55,307 nucleotides of DNA from a virus. Its lineage: Duplodnaviria; Caudoviricetes. Below are positions 45,572 through 55,158 of the stretch, in pieces; within the stretch, counting starts at the first letter, position 1, and the number at the start of each line of letters is the position of its first letter. The stretch covers positions 1-55,307 of the IMG/VR virus record IMGVR_UViG_3300033143_003628; one strand, given 5' to 3'. The notes under the pieces were generated by a model. That model was not told the origin of the DNA. It did not search any database and was given only the letters and a program-made list of their open reading frames with translations. The translations under genes and the position numbers were made by a program.

Positions 45572-46546
45572 TTACGGCAGATAGCCAGTGGGTGCGAGTG
45601 ACATAGAGAATAATTCGCCTGACGCTGCACCTGTTAGCGCCTGACCCCTAAAAAAGTTACCACTTGTGACGGGAATCCCCGCACCGTTTGCATCGCTCAT
45701 GATCTTGTCGTCCGGTGTCACAGCTGCTCCTGCTTTAACCTTTGTTACACCGCCATAAGCAACCGAACCCGGTTTCGCATTCTCGTTTGGAAGCAGAACT
45801 TCTGCAATCAAACCGAGGATTGCGAGAGCATTGCCCGAAACAAATTCCAACTCAGTTGATGCAGAGATAACCGGTGTGCCAGTATCAATATTCACATCCG
45901 CAGTCGAATCGAGTTCAATAATCGTTTTGATTTCCGCAGCGGTAACGGCTCGTATATTTGCCGCATCACCAGTTCCAACCGCACTTGCGGCCCAAGTCAA
46001 AGCACCAGTTCCGGCACCGACCGCGATGTCCATTCCTGAACCCTTGTCATCATGCGTGATAACAACTTGACCGGAAGTTCCGTCTGCAGAACAGCCAACA
46101 ACTTGCGCGTTAATTCCTGAAGCAACAAGTAGTGCCGTAGTAGTTGCAGCATTGAAAAGGACCGTCTGTGCCACACCATCGTAAGGTCCGCCCGTAAGCG
46201 TAACAATACAAGTCAAGGTGTCCTGGTCAGCGACTGCGTAAGTAGTCGTGTCCGTAATGGTCGCCGCCGCAGCGTCCCAGGTGCATGTGGCATTACCAAC
46301 ATTGTTCACATCGAGAACAAGTGTATCAGCCGCAGCCATGAGATACGTTGGAGCAATACATGCTTTTTGTACCAGACCCGTGCTAACAGGCTTGTCTTGC
46401 AACACGCCTACGCTCGGAAATCCGGCAGAACCATTTGCAGCTATCTTGCCAACACTGTTAATATTAACAAATGTAAACTGCTTGGCTGAAAGATCCCCAT
46501 CTGCTTCGAGAGCAGGAAGGATTTGTAGATTAGCTTCGTATGCCAT
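45572..46546 (-). CDS. capsid decoration/cement protein (DUF2190-like) with large insertion
   Basis: N-half A..DLS.KQF.FV...GVLQDKP and C-half G..KV.AG.A......SD..G...G.AL, separated by ~200 aa. Confidence 0.75.
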   Translation of the reverse strand: MAYEANLQILPALEADGDLSAKQFTFVNINSVGKIAANGSAGFPSVGVLQDKPVSTGLVQKACIAPTYLMAAADTLVLDVNNVGNATCTWDAAAATITDTTTYAVADQDTLTCIVTLTGGPYDGVAQTVLFNAATTTALLVASGINAQVVGCSADGTSGQVVITHDDKGSGMDIAVGAGTGALTWAASAVGTGDAANIRAVTAAEIKTIIELDSTADVNIDTGTPVISASTELEFVSGNALAILGLIAEVLLPNENAKPGSVAYGGVTKVKAGAAVTPDDKIMSDANGAGIPVTSGNFFRGQALTGAASGELFSMSLAPTGYLP

Positions 46547-46585
46547 AATTGGCCCTCCTTATTTTCTGTGACAAACGTGTCACTC

Positions 46586-47542
46586 TTAATTTACTTTCGC
46601 AGTGGTTTGTGCTTCATTCTCTTCAAGGTACTGAGTGTATAGTTCAGGACGTGCTTTCAAAACCTTGTCAATTGCTTTCTCTTTGGTGAGACTCAAATCG
46701 TCCGATTTCTCTACCAGACCATTCGCCATCTTCGTGATCTTACTCCATGCACTGGCACCGCCACCGCCGAAGTTATCTTGCGGGCCGCTTCCACCTTGAG
46801 TAGAAAGCAATGCCGATTTCTTAATCGCATCACTTGCACTCTTCATGTTTGTGAACTGCCCTTTTGCCATCTCAGGATCAACATCGTTGAGCTTCTTAAG
46901 CATAAGCCCTAGCTCTGCGGAAGACTGACCTGGAAAATGGGAAAGTTCGTCTTTGGCTTTCGTAGTCCACTGCTCGACCTCACGCTCGTCATTCACTTTA
47001 TTGAGAGCTTTTGTGACATCTTCGTTCTGCTTTGTAAGCGCTTCCATTCGGTCTTCTTGAGCTTTCATCACAGCTTTCAACTCGTCTGAAACTTCCGGCA
47101 TCTGATTCGCTCCTTCTTTGGGGTCTTCTTTTTTCTTCTCGACCACCAGTTCTGCACGTTGCTCGGGAGTTAAAGTTCCAAGAAACTTTTGTACCCCTTC
47201 TACATCGTACTCGGCTTCCTTCTCTGTCGCTACAAGACCCGCCGCAGCAGAAAGCGCGTTCAACGCCTCTTCCGGCAACTCGTCCTTATAAGCGGATAGA
47301 ATTCGAAGCGCACCTTTTGTTGCAGCTGTACCCTTCTTCGAAAGCTTTGCTTTCTCAATAGACTTTAGCAATTCAGTTTCGCCGTTTGCTTCCGTCTCTA
47401 GAACAGCTTTAAAATCTGCATCCATTTTTTCCTCCGTTTTTGATTTTGTTACAGGGAACCTTTTCTTTTTATTTGCCCCTGCGTCTACTATGCTTAATTC
47501 TTCCGCCATCAGACGGGTCATTGCTTCAAGCTCGCCCTTCAT
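46586..47542 (-). CDS. capsid scaffolding protein
   Basis: Charged coiled coil between protease and capsid genes; C-terminal PELY..Y. Confidence 0.75.
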   Translation of the reverse strand: MKGELEAMTRLMAEELSIVDAGANKKKRFPVTKSKTEEKMDADFKAVLETEANGETELLKSIEKAKLSKKGTAATKGALRILSAYKDELPEEALNALSAAAGLVATEKEAEYDVEGVQKFLGTLTPEQRAELVVEKKKEDPKEGANQMPEVSDELKAVMKAQEDRMEALTKQNEDVTKALNKVNDEREVEQWTTKAKDELSHFPGQSSAELGLMLKKLNDVDPEMAKGQFTNMKSASDAIKKSALLSTQGGSGPQDNFGGGGASAWSKITKMANGLVEKSDDLSLTKEKAIDKVLKARPELYTQYLEENEAQTTAKVN

Positions 47543-49173
47543 GCTCTGGCCTCTTGCGGTCCGATGTCTACAAATGTGACTTCGGGCATCATAGCTCTAG
47601 TGATAGGAACTCGTGCTCCGAAACCACCAGGACTGAACGCATTCAATTCACCGCGTTCGTATGCAGCCCATTCAGCATCACCGAGCCGAACACCTACTAC
47701 CCAAGACCCGGAATGAATGATGTCATCTCCAAAGGGTCTGCGTGTGACAGTATGCGGCAAGTTCTGCAAAGCTTTATGGTAATCGTCAGATGTAGGATAC
47801 ATCTCTATAAAAGATTCGACCAGCTGCGCGTTCGCTTTGATCGCGTGCTGTACCCCTATCACTCTACTACTCTGAATGAATTCATGTGCGGTCTGTTCGA
47901 TTGTAGCAGGCGGAAGCCAATCATCATGTGCGTCAAACTCTGGGCCGTACTTGCCGTAAGGGTCCATCACCACACCATAGACGATCTGCTTTGAAAGCTC
48001 TGCTTTACAAATAGGAACTGAAAAATCACAATCGTTACCCTTTAACTTTTGTTTGCTTATAAAATCAGCAAATGAAATATCGCCGAACCCTTTGTCTTGG
48101 CTTTCTGACTTATGAATCAGCCAGGTTGAATCGCCATAGGTTGGCTTACTCATTAAGTATCTACCGGAAAAATGACTGCCGTCAAGTTTAATCTCAAAAG
48201 AATTATCTTTGGCTTTACCTATTTCATACGATCCGGCGTCACCGTGTACTACCACTTCGGTAGGTGCATCCATTACATTCAAAGACTTTCGCAAATCGTT
48301 CACGCCCAGCAATAACGTGTTGTTATCGAATACGAACGCACCCTTCTCAAGCCCTTCCCACCCGTACCAATCAGACACATTTTTAACCCTTTCCGCGATC
48401 TGTTTTATTTTTCTTAAAACTTCACCGGAATCCTTGTATTTCAGAATAGTAGCGGGATGTGGCAGAACGAAGTCTGCGCTTTTACCCAGGGACGTATGTG
48501 TCAAATGCCCTAATGCAATTACCGTCTGGGGGTTCAAACGTGACAACTCTGCTTTGACCCAGGGCACCCATTCATGTATATCTGTAGACTCGATTTCGTG
48601 AGTTAAATAATTGGGGCACAAATGTGTAATCATCACTTCAGTTCGACTCAACCCAAGCGGCTTCAAATACTTTTCACAGAATATGTCACCTGTGTTCCCC
48701 GATAACGCTTGACCATTACTGAAATCTAAACGACTTGGGTTCAGACCTATAAAAGCTACCGGTGCGTTCTGCGGTCCTGCTGTTGGAACCAGTTCAATGT
48801 TCTTAGATACAGCTTCTATTAATGAACTTTTTCCTAACGATATTTCTTTACGGTTCATTTCGTCTGCGACACAGAACGCAGCATTGATAATACCATCCGT
48901 TGGTTTCTTTTTCTTCTGTGCACCTACGAACCATTTATCCAGGCTCTGCCACATCTTCTGCAAAGATTTATCTGACACATTTGATAACACTTCTGGATTG
49001 AGCGCACTAAGAGCTATCTTTTCAAAGGCACTGGGCTTAGGGGCCTTATGTGACAACTTACCGCCCGCTCGACCGCGTGCTTCCGCCCGCATACCTGCAT
49101 AGACCCACCCTGGCAGATCGCGTTTTGCAATACTCCATATCTCAGTTAAAAACTCTTTAGTCAAATCTGACAT
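47539..49173 (-). CDS. multidomain prohead protease (XkdF-like) fused to UDG-like and LigD-phosphoesterase-like domains
   Basis: C-terminal KQIVYGVV.DP...DAH.D...IE..AH.F...QH...VES...GSW...GEL.AFS.GG; middle GP..A..AFIGLNP...G..L.G.TG...L.P..VIALG...HPA. Confidence 0.75.
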   Translation of the reverse strand: MSDLTKEFLTEIWSIAKRDLPGWVYAGMRAEARGRAGGKLSHKAPKPSAFEKIALSALNPEVLSNVSDKSLQKMWQSLDKWFVGAQKKKKPTDGIINAAFCVADEMNRKEISLGKSSLIEAVSKNIELVPTAGPQNAPVAFIGLNPSRLDFSNGQALSGNTGDIFCEKYLKPLGLSRTEVMITHLCPNYLTHEIESTDIHEWVPWVKAELSRLNPQTVIALGHLTHTSLGKSADFVLPHPATILKYKDSGEVLRKIKQIAERVKNVSDWYGWEGLEKGAFVFDNNTLLLGVNDLRKSLNVMDAPTEVVVHGDAGSYEIGKAKDNSFEIKLDGSHFSGRYLMSKPTYGDSTWLIHKSESQDKGFGDISFADFISKQKLKGNDCDFSVPICKAELSKQIVYGVVMDPYGKYGPEFDAHDDWLPPATIEQTAHEFIQSSRVIGVQHAIKANAQLVESFIEMYPTSDDYHKALQNLPHTVTRRPFGDDIIHSGSWVVGVRLGDAEWAAYERGELNAFSPGGFGARVPITRAMMPEVTFVDIGPQEARA

Positions 49174-50211
49174 TTAAGTTCCCTTCCTTCTTAAACCTTC
49201 AGTACATTCACAATGGGGATGTGCGACCGGCCCCTGAATTGGACCTTTGATCGATTCGTACTCGCCACCTAGTGGAGCCGTCTTGCCATCTAATGAAGCA
49301 CAGATGTAACAAGCATCCGGCGGTGCCATCCATACTCGTTCGACTTCCGGCAGTATCCCTGCGTCCTGTGCCGACTGCCAAGCCGCTTGTCTACCTGCCG
49401 CTTGTGCTGCAATCGTTTCCGTTCGAGCTATCCGTTCGGCCCGCTTATGTAACAATTGTTTTTTATAAACATCTGTTAGACTATTTGCTTTGTCTCCACT
49501 TAAACCCGAAGCCAGATGTAGCTGTCTTCTATTTTCTACCGCTGTATATTCACGCTCGGTTAATCCGATATTACCTTCTATCTCGGCATAAATATATTCA
49601 GCTCTGTCACCATCGTCAAACCCCTGGGATAAAGTATCTTGAACTACTTCTAATTGCGGCTTTGAAATACCTTCTACAATAAGCTGCAACGAACGATTCC
49701 GCATCCAGTCCATTGAATATGGATTAACCGGAACCATCTGAATTTTAAAATCTACTGCCGCTTTTAATACTTCAACCGGATTAGGTTCTTCGAAATCATC
49801 CAGCGTGAACTTCATATTCAAATCGAAATTCTCATTTAGCAACTCGGTCGCTTCGTCACCTGACTCTTGCAGAACCTTAGTATAAGTGTTCTCTAATGTG
49901 TCAATGAATCCCTGCCAAGCATCAGGTGGCATCGACTCGTGCTCAGTAAAGAAAGGCAGAACTTCCATCAATGTCGCGACCGAATTCGTTTCGTAAGCTA
50001 TCAAGAAATCTTTTTTAATGGCAGGGGTCAGAAGTTCGGCCATCGCTTTTAAAAATCCATTACGAAATCTATTCTCGTACTTAGTAGCGATGGCGTATGC
50101 GTCCCGGCCCTCTTTAGTATTAGGCAGTACGGTCTGCCATGCCGGACGCCTCTGCCTACGCGCCTTGAATGCCCTGATACTTTTGTACACCTGTATTAGC
50201 GGCATCCACAT
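49174..50211 (-). CDS. minor head protein (MuF/SPP1 gp7-like)
   Basis: RAERIARTE, C.IC..LDG, HP.C.C. Confidence 0.85.
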   Translation of the reverse strand: MWMPLIQVYKSIRAFKARRQRRPAWQTVLPNTKEGRDAYAIATKYENRFRNGFLKAMAELLTPAIKKDFLIAYETNSVATLMEVLPFFTEHESMPPDAWQGFIDTLENTYTKVLQESGDEATELLNENFDLNMKFTLDDFEEPNPVEVLKAAVDFKIQMVPVNPYSMDWMRNRSLQLIVEGISKPQLEVVQDTLSQGFDDGDRAEYIYAEIEGNIGLTEREYTAVENRRQLHLASGLSGDKANSLTDVYKKQLLHKRAERIARTETIAAQAAGRQAAWQSAQDAGILPEVERVWMAPPDACYICASLDGKTAPLGGEYESIKGPIQGPVAHPHCECTEGLRRKGT

Positions 50212-51578
50212 ACTCTCTTATTGTGATATTTCAACCTGAGCCCACCTTTACTTTTAGCTACCTCTTCTTCGACTTCTTCGGCACCTACCTCTTCACCTTC
50301 CGCATCGGATTCTGCTGGCATGGGCAGCTTGGCTATCTCTAAGAACTTACGCTGCAGAGCTTCGTCACCTGCAGGTAACATTCCCGCACCGGCAAGCGAT
50401 GTCACATATGATCCCATCTCCGTTAGTGATATGGTTTCTAAATCACCGTGAACCAGCTCGGGCCATATGTCCTGCCGAATACCGTTCAACATCATCAGAT
50501 CATTAATTCCAAATCGATTAAATGTAGCAGCGATACTATCTAATATCGCACCGATGGCGATTGCAAAGAGGTTCGTTTGTGACGAAGCGAGAGCGAACGA
50601 TCCGACATTAGCCATGCCGAGCTGAATGAACTGTGCCAGGACAGATTGTAGAATATTTATTTTGTAAGAGAGCTTCACCGCAGTGGTATCTATCTGCCTG
50701 CGGCCACCTGAATGTAATAGCTCTAATTTGTATCCCGTTGGCTTGCCATTCGTATCTATCTCAGATGGAACCATTGCAAACTCACGCTGGTCGCGCTTCA
50801 ACTCACTAAGCATTGTTTCGAACGCAGCTCTGAGAGCTTTGGTTTTACCGGAAGCATCTGGATGTAGCAGAGCGATAGGGACCTGCATCGTTATCAATCC
50901 GGTCATGTCACGTTCGATCCCTATTGCTTCTATTTCACCTATGCGCTTTAGAAAGAAATAATCGACCACCGCATTTCTATATATACTGCGGCCCTCGGGA
51001 TTGTTCTTTGTTATCTTAGTTCTGAACAGAATCGATTTATCAATAGGTACTAACACAGCTTCACCATCTCCATGTGTCTGCTTCATACCTAGCAGCTCGT
51101 CATCCGTATCGAACTCCCACCGTTCGAGAGTGTCCTGTGCTCGCAGAGCTAGATTGCGCCAGCCGATTTTGCCATCTTCGAAACGACTATTAATCGTCTT
51201 GTCATCATTAGGTCCCTTACGCAGCTTGAATACCTTTTCGAAATACGACCAGCCATAGGGCAGGAATGAAAGCACTTCGGACATGAAGTCTTCGAAGGTA
51301 ACATCCATGTCAATCAAACATGATTCAACGAACTCTGCCTGCTCTAACGCTTCGGAAGTGGCGTCTGCGGGCTCGACCCGCCACTCAACCTGGCGCACTA
51401 GTGCTTCTATAACAAACGCAATCGAACCGATGACAGAGCTATTGTCCGACATCTCACGATAGAGCTTGGGACCGAACTCGCCTTTAAGCTTAGGGTGAAA
51501 CTCTTCGTTAATAACTCCCGCATCTTTCTTTAGACCTGAACTACCTATTACCGAAGTGTCCAGTTTTGCTTCTGGCAT
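50196..51578 (-). CDS. portal protein (Mu gp29/DUF935-like)
   Basis: YGWS.FE.V, NPEG.S..R, EAIGIERD, GS.AL; follows terL. Confidence 0.85.
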   Translation of the reverse strand: MPEAKLDTSVIGSSGLKKDAGVINEEFHPKLKGEFGPKLYREMSDNSSVIGSIAFVIEALVRQVEWRVEPADATSEALEQAEFVESCLIDMDVTFEDFMSEVLSFLPYGWSYFEKVFKLRKGPNDDKTINSRFEDGKIGWRNLALRAQDTLERWEFDTDDELLGMKQTHGDGEAVLVPIDKSILFRTKITKNNPEGRSIYRNAVVDYFFLKRIGEIEAIGIERDMTGLITMQVPIALLHPDASGKTKALRAAFETMLSELKRDQREFAMVPSEIDTNGKPTGYKLELLHSGGRRQIDTTAVKLSYKINILQSVLAQFIQLGMANVGSFALASSQTNLFAIAIGAILDSIAATFNRFGINDLMMLNGIRQDIWPELVHGDLETISLTEMGSYVTSLAGAGMLPAGDEALQRKFLEIAKLPMPAESDAEGEEVGAEEVEEEVAKSKGGLRLKYHNKRVCGCR

Positions 51579-51608
51579 ATCTGTACTCCTTTTATTTCTT
51601 GCATCTCT

Positions 51609-53015
51609 TTACGCGTTTGCATTAAAATCCCAGGGGCTCGAACGTGTGCCCGCTTTTGATAATGAAAAATCAAAGTTATAAATGTTCCCCGACATATGAT
51701 CGAGCGCTTGTGTCATCGTATCCACTGCGTCATCTCTTGAAGTATTGGGAAAGGCTGTGACATTATCGATGAAAGGTTCTGACCATGATGCGAGCTGTTC
51801 GGTCGGTACAAACACATTGCCCGCCTCTATCAGTCCTGACACAGATGCTAACCTTGCTTCTTTACTTCCTTTAGGTTGATAGGGGACGAGCCCCGGTACT
51901 GTGTCACAGAGTGTATCGATGACCGCTCGGCCATTCGCCTTGTCTTCTATTACCTTAGTAATTGCCTTGGGCCATTTGTGACTGAACACTTCTATTTTCT
52001 TTAGAGTCTCAGGGAAGTTTAAATTTTCTTCAATCTTATCTACAATGTACATATTAGATCCAATACGGCCCCAGACTTGACCACATACCAAACTATTCCC
52101 CGTCTTGCCAAAAGTCAAATCCCAACTCTGAATCATCTCTTCGAACTGTTCCGGCATAGTGTCGAAACGTTTGAACCAATCACGCTTGACCATATTACCT
52201 TCCAGCGGTGCCGGACGCTGTTGATAAAGACCTGCGAACATGTGTGAGCCCAACGTCTTTTTTATTTGAAGGAGAGCATCTGTGTCAAACCGCTCGGCAC
52301 ACAGCGCCGCACCCTCGGTCCTGCCTAACAAATCATTTGGCTCTGCAAGCGCAGGTAGTGAAATGACTTCCCAATCGTCCCCATGTTCAGCCATCAGCCA
52401 GCCCGATATATCCATTTCATGCCAGCGAGTCTGATCTATGATAACCGATCCACCTGGTTCCAAGCGCGTAAAAAAAGTTCCCTTGAACCAATCGATTGTG
52501 CTCTCTCTTGTAGTGGGTGACATCGCTTCGGCCCAGTCCTTATGTGGGTCGTCCAGAATTAACAACTGTCCCCCTAGACTAGTGAGTGACCCACCGACCC
52601 CTGCCGACCTCATACCGCCGCCCTCGTGAGTCTGCCAGTTCGACACCGACGACTTGTCACGCCTGACCCTTGTCCACGTCTCAGGGTTAAGCATAAACTC
52701 GTCACGCACCGCCAGACCCCACTTGGCAGCTACTTTATCGGAGTAGCTAGATAAGATCACATTATCCCAGGGACGCCAGTCTAAGTACCAGGCAGGGAGC
52801 CAGTGAGCTATTCCCTGCGACTTGCCGTGTCGCGGCGGAGCGTTCACGATGATACGAGCGTTCCCCTTTACTATTTTATTTTGGATGTACATGAGCACAA
52901 ACGAAAGCCAGGTGTATGGAATCCAGCCGCCCTTGCTCAAATGGTTAGCATACGTGGGTACTGTCATTCGCCACGTAGAATCACCAAGTGTACTACGAGA
53001 CTGAGCTGCCCTCAT
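51609..53015 (-). CDS. terL: terminase large subunit
   Basis: PPRHGKS, LILDDP.KD, TRWH, YQQ.P, SWD, IEDKANG, FP...DD.VD. Confidence 0.95.
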   Translation of the reverse strand: MRAAQSRSTLGDSTWRMTVPTYANHLSKGGWIPYTWLSFVLMYIQNKIVKGNARIIVNAPPRHGKSQGIAHWLPAWYLDWRPWDNVILSSYSDKVAAKWGLAVRDEFMLNPETWTRVRRDKSSVSNWQTHEGGGMRSAGVGGSLTSLGGQLLILDDPHKDWAEAMSPTTRESTIDWFKGTFFTRLEPGGSVIIDQTRWHEMDISGWLMAEHGDDWEVISLPALAEPNDLLGRTEGAALCAERFDTDALLQIKKTLGSHMFAGLYQQRPAPLEGNMVKRDWFKRFDTMPEQFEEMIQSWDLTFGKTGNSLVCGQVWGRIGSNMYIVDKIEENLNFPETLKKIEVFSHKWPKAITKVIEDKANGRAVIDTLCDTVPGLVPYQPKGSKEARLASVSGLIEAGNVFVPTEQLASWSEPFIDNVTAFPNTSRDDAVDTMTQALDHMSGNIYNFDFSLSKAGTRSSPWDFNANA

Positions 53016-53628
53016 TTGGATTCATTTTCCCTAAGAGTAAATTGACCGCATCCATCGCTTCGTCATCTTCGAGCAGCGGTGCAAGCGCTTCGCGCTGATC
53101 GGCCGCTGTGATCTGATGTCTTTCTTCTATAACTGTTTCAGGTTCGCCGCGACTCATACGTTCGAGCTTCATACCGGTCTCTATAAGTTTGCGAACATCT
53201 TTAGGTGCAATAGGTGTGCCCTCTTCCGACGCCTTTTTTAATCTGGTTAACCAACGTGTCAAAGCTCCCGCACCAAGAGCTTGCATCGACTTCGCAAGGT
53301 TCATATGCCGATCTCGCATACGTGACACACCTTCGAGCATCTTGCGGCGGCGTTGTTTATCGAGTGCGCGATCCCAGTCTGCGACACGTTCTGCCCAGTT
53401 CCAACGAACCGACCACTTCTCGTATTTGCGTGCAACTGTGTCAAGCTTTGCAAGCGAGCCGTCTCTTTTCCGTTCGAAATCAGCGGACTTGCGAAGCGTT
53501 CGGTCATATCCCATGTCACGATAAACTACAAAGGCTATCCATGACTTAAGGGGTTCACCAGGTTGCCGATCATATGTTTCACGGTCGGTTGCGCAAGTGA
53601 AAGGTAATATTCTTTTATCTGACATCAT
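52993..53628 (-). CDS. terS: terminase small subunit
   Basis: E....W.AF..YRD.G..R.L...WS.RW.W.ER...WD pattern; immediately upstream of terL. Confidence 0.65.
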   Translation of the reverse strand: MMSDKRILPFTCATDRETYDRQPGEPLKSWIAFVVYRDMGYDRTLRKSADFERKRDGSLAKLDTVARKYEKWSVRWNWAERVADWDRALDKQRRRKMLEGVSRMRDRHMNLAKSMQALGAGALTRWLTRLKKASEEGTPIAPKDVRKLIETGMKLERMSRGEPETVIEERHQITAADQREALAPLLEDDEAMDAVNLLLGKMNPNEGSSVS

Positions 53629-53646
53629 CTTAAATGTAACATTTGT

Positions 53647-54579
53647 TTACTTTCCCTGCAACAATCCAACAATATGTTCAGCAATCGCTTTCATAAAGTT
53701 TGGCGGAACACTGTTTCCCATTCGTGCGATCACTTGTTTATATGTACCTATAAATTGATAATCATCTGGATACGAAAACACTCTTTTAGTTTCATTTACA
53801 GACAAGCGCCTCGGTTCGTCAGGATGAAAATGACCAGAAGCAATGGTCTTTAAAACTGTTGGTGGTATCCTATACCAACTACAACGATAAAAACCAAAAT
53901 GTTCATAATGAGCTTGTCCTAACTTAGTTTCAAAATAATGCTCTTCATCAACTGTGCTTAATGGTTTACAATCACCTAACTCTTTCAAATCCTTTAACGC
54001 CTCTTTCAACAGAATCGGTTTTGTCTGTGGCTTTGGATGTGAAGGTTTAATTTCTAAATCCTTACGAATACCAATAAAAATCAATCGTGGCCGTGACTGC
54101 GGAACATTGTAATATTTCGTATTCAATATTCTTGCACTGACTTCATATCCACAAGCCTTCAATTCTTTTAAGCACTGAACGAAAATGATTTTCATTTTAC
54201 CTTTGACCATACCAGAAACATTCTCCATCACAAATGCTTTTGGCTGTAATCCCTGCAGAAGCCGAACATATTCCTTAAACAATTGATTTCTATTATCTGT
54301 AAAATCTCTTTTCCCAGAAATTGAAAATCCCTGACACGGCGGCGAACCGTCCAGAATATCTAATTCACCCGGTTGCAATCCGATTGTCTCTAAAACATTC
54401 GAAACAGACAGATCATTAATATCACCATGGTAAACATTTGTGTCAGGATGATTGAGCTTATACACTTCAACAGCATTGTCGTCCCACTCACAAACCAACA
54501 AAATTCTGCCACCAGCAAGCTTGTAACCCAAAGACGATCCGCCACATCCACTAAAGGTACTGACAACTGTGAAATTCAT
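53647..54579 (-). CDS. dcm: DNA cytosine-C5 methyltransferase
   Basis: FSGCGG, GSPPCQGFS, ENV, Q.R.R, GNSVPP. Confidence 0.95.
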   Translation of the reverse strand: MNFTVVSTFSGCGGSSLGYKLAGGRILLVCEWDDNAVEVYKLNHPDTNVYHGDINDLSVSNVLETIGLQPGELDILDGSPPCQGFSISGKRDFTDNRNQLFKEYVRLLQGLQPKAFVMENVSGMVKGKMKIIFVQCLKELKACGYEVSARILNTKYYNVPQSRPRLIFIGIRKDLEIKPSHPKPQTKPILLKEALKDLKELGDCKPLSTVDEEHYFETKLGQAHYEHFGFYRCSWYRIPPTVLKTIASGHFHPDEPRRLSVNETKRVFSYPDDYQFIGTYKQVIARMGNSVPPNFMKAIAEHIVGLLQGK

Positions 54580-55106
54580 TTGGGAAACTCGAATTCACAT
54601 TTGGGACACTTGCACATCTCAATATCGTCTGCAATCGATTCGTCATACTCCCTGCCAACATCGTCAGGAACATTTGTGTGCTCAATAATCTTTTTCAATT
54701 CGGTTTCGCTAAATCCCATTGCTTCAATAGATTCCAAATCAGAATTATTAACAAGTTGCTCAATTGCTTCTGCCAAAACCGTTTCGTCCCATTCAGCAAG
54801 TTCAGCGGATTTGTTATCAGCGATTGCATAAGACATTGCTTCCGTCGCATCTAAATCTTTTCTGCGAACTGCCACCAAAGTATTTGCATCGGTGTCAACA
54901 ATTTTGACATCTTTGAACCCGGCTTTTTTAGCGGCCTCCAGTGTTCCGTTTCCAGCTCGCACGACTCCATCCTTATCCACGAAAAGTGACCGGGCCGCGC
55001 CGAACTGCTTTAGCGATTTTTCTATTGCTTTGATGTTCTCAGCCGAGTGCTTCCTGGCATTATTTGGATCGGCAATTAATTCGTCTATTGAGATTGTTTT
55101 TGACAC
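54576..55106 (-). CDS. ParB/Srx-like N-terminal domain protein
   Basis: DP.NAR.H, SL..FG, AGNG..EAA, IADN...EL..WD, C-terminal CPKC. Confidence 0.85.
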   Translation of the reverse strand: MSKTISIDELIADPNNARKHSAENIKAIEKSLKQFGAARSLFVDKDGVVRAGNGTLEAAKKAGFKDVKIVDTDANTLVAVRRKDLDATEAMSYAIADNKSAELAEWDETVLAEAIEQLVNNSDLESIEAMGFSETELKKIIEHTNVPDDVGREYDESIADDIEMCKCPKCEFEFPK

Positions 55107-55129
55107 GCTTGAACTCCTTCCTAATTATC

Positions 55130-55158
55130 AAAATAGTCCTTTGTCACTAATGTGTCAA
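55130..55158 (-). promoter_or_regulatory. sigma70-type promoter for the packaging/structural arm
   Basis: Minus strand ACTTGACACA; TTGACA, 17 nt, TATTTT; RBS AGGAAGGAG downstream. Confidence 0.65.

Noticed and set aside
54576-55106. Plasmid-prophage partition system
   Set aside because: No ParA is seen, and the protein resembles the methylase-associated ParB/Srx type without an evident HTH.
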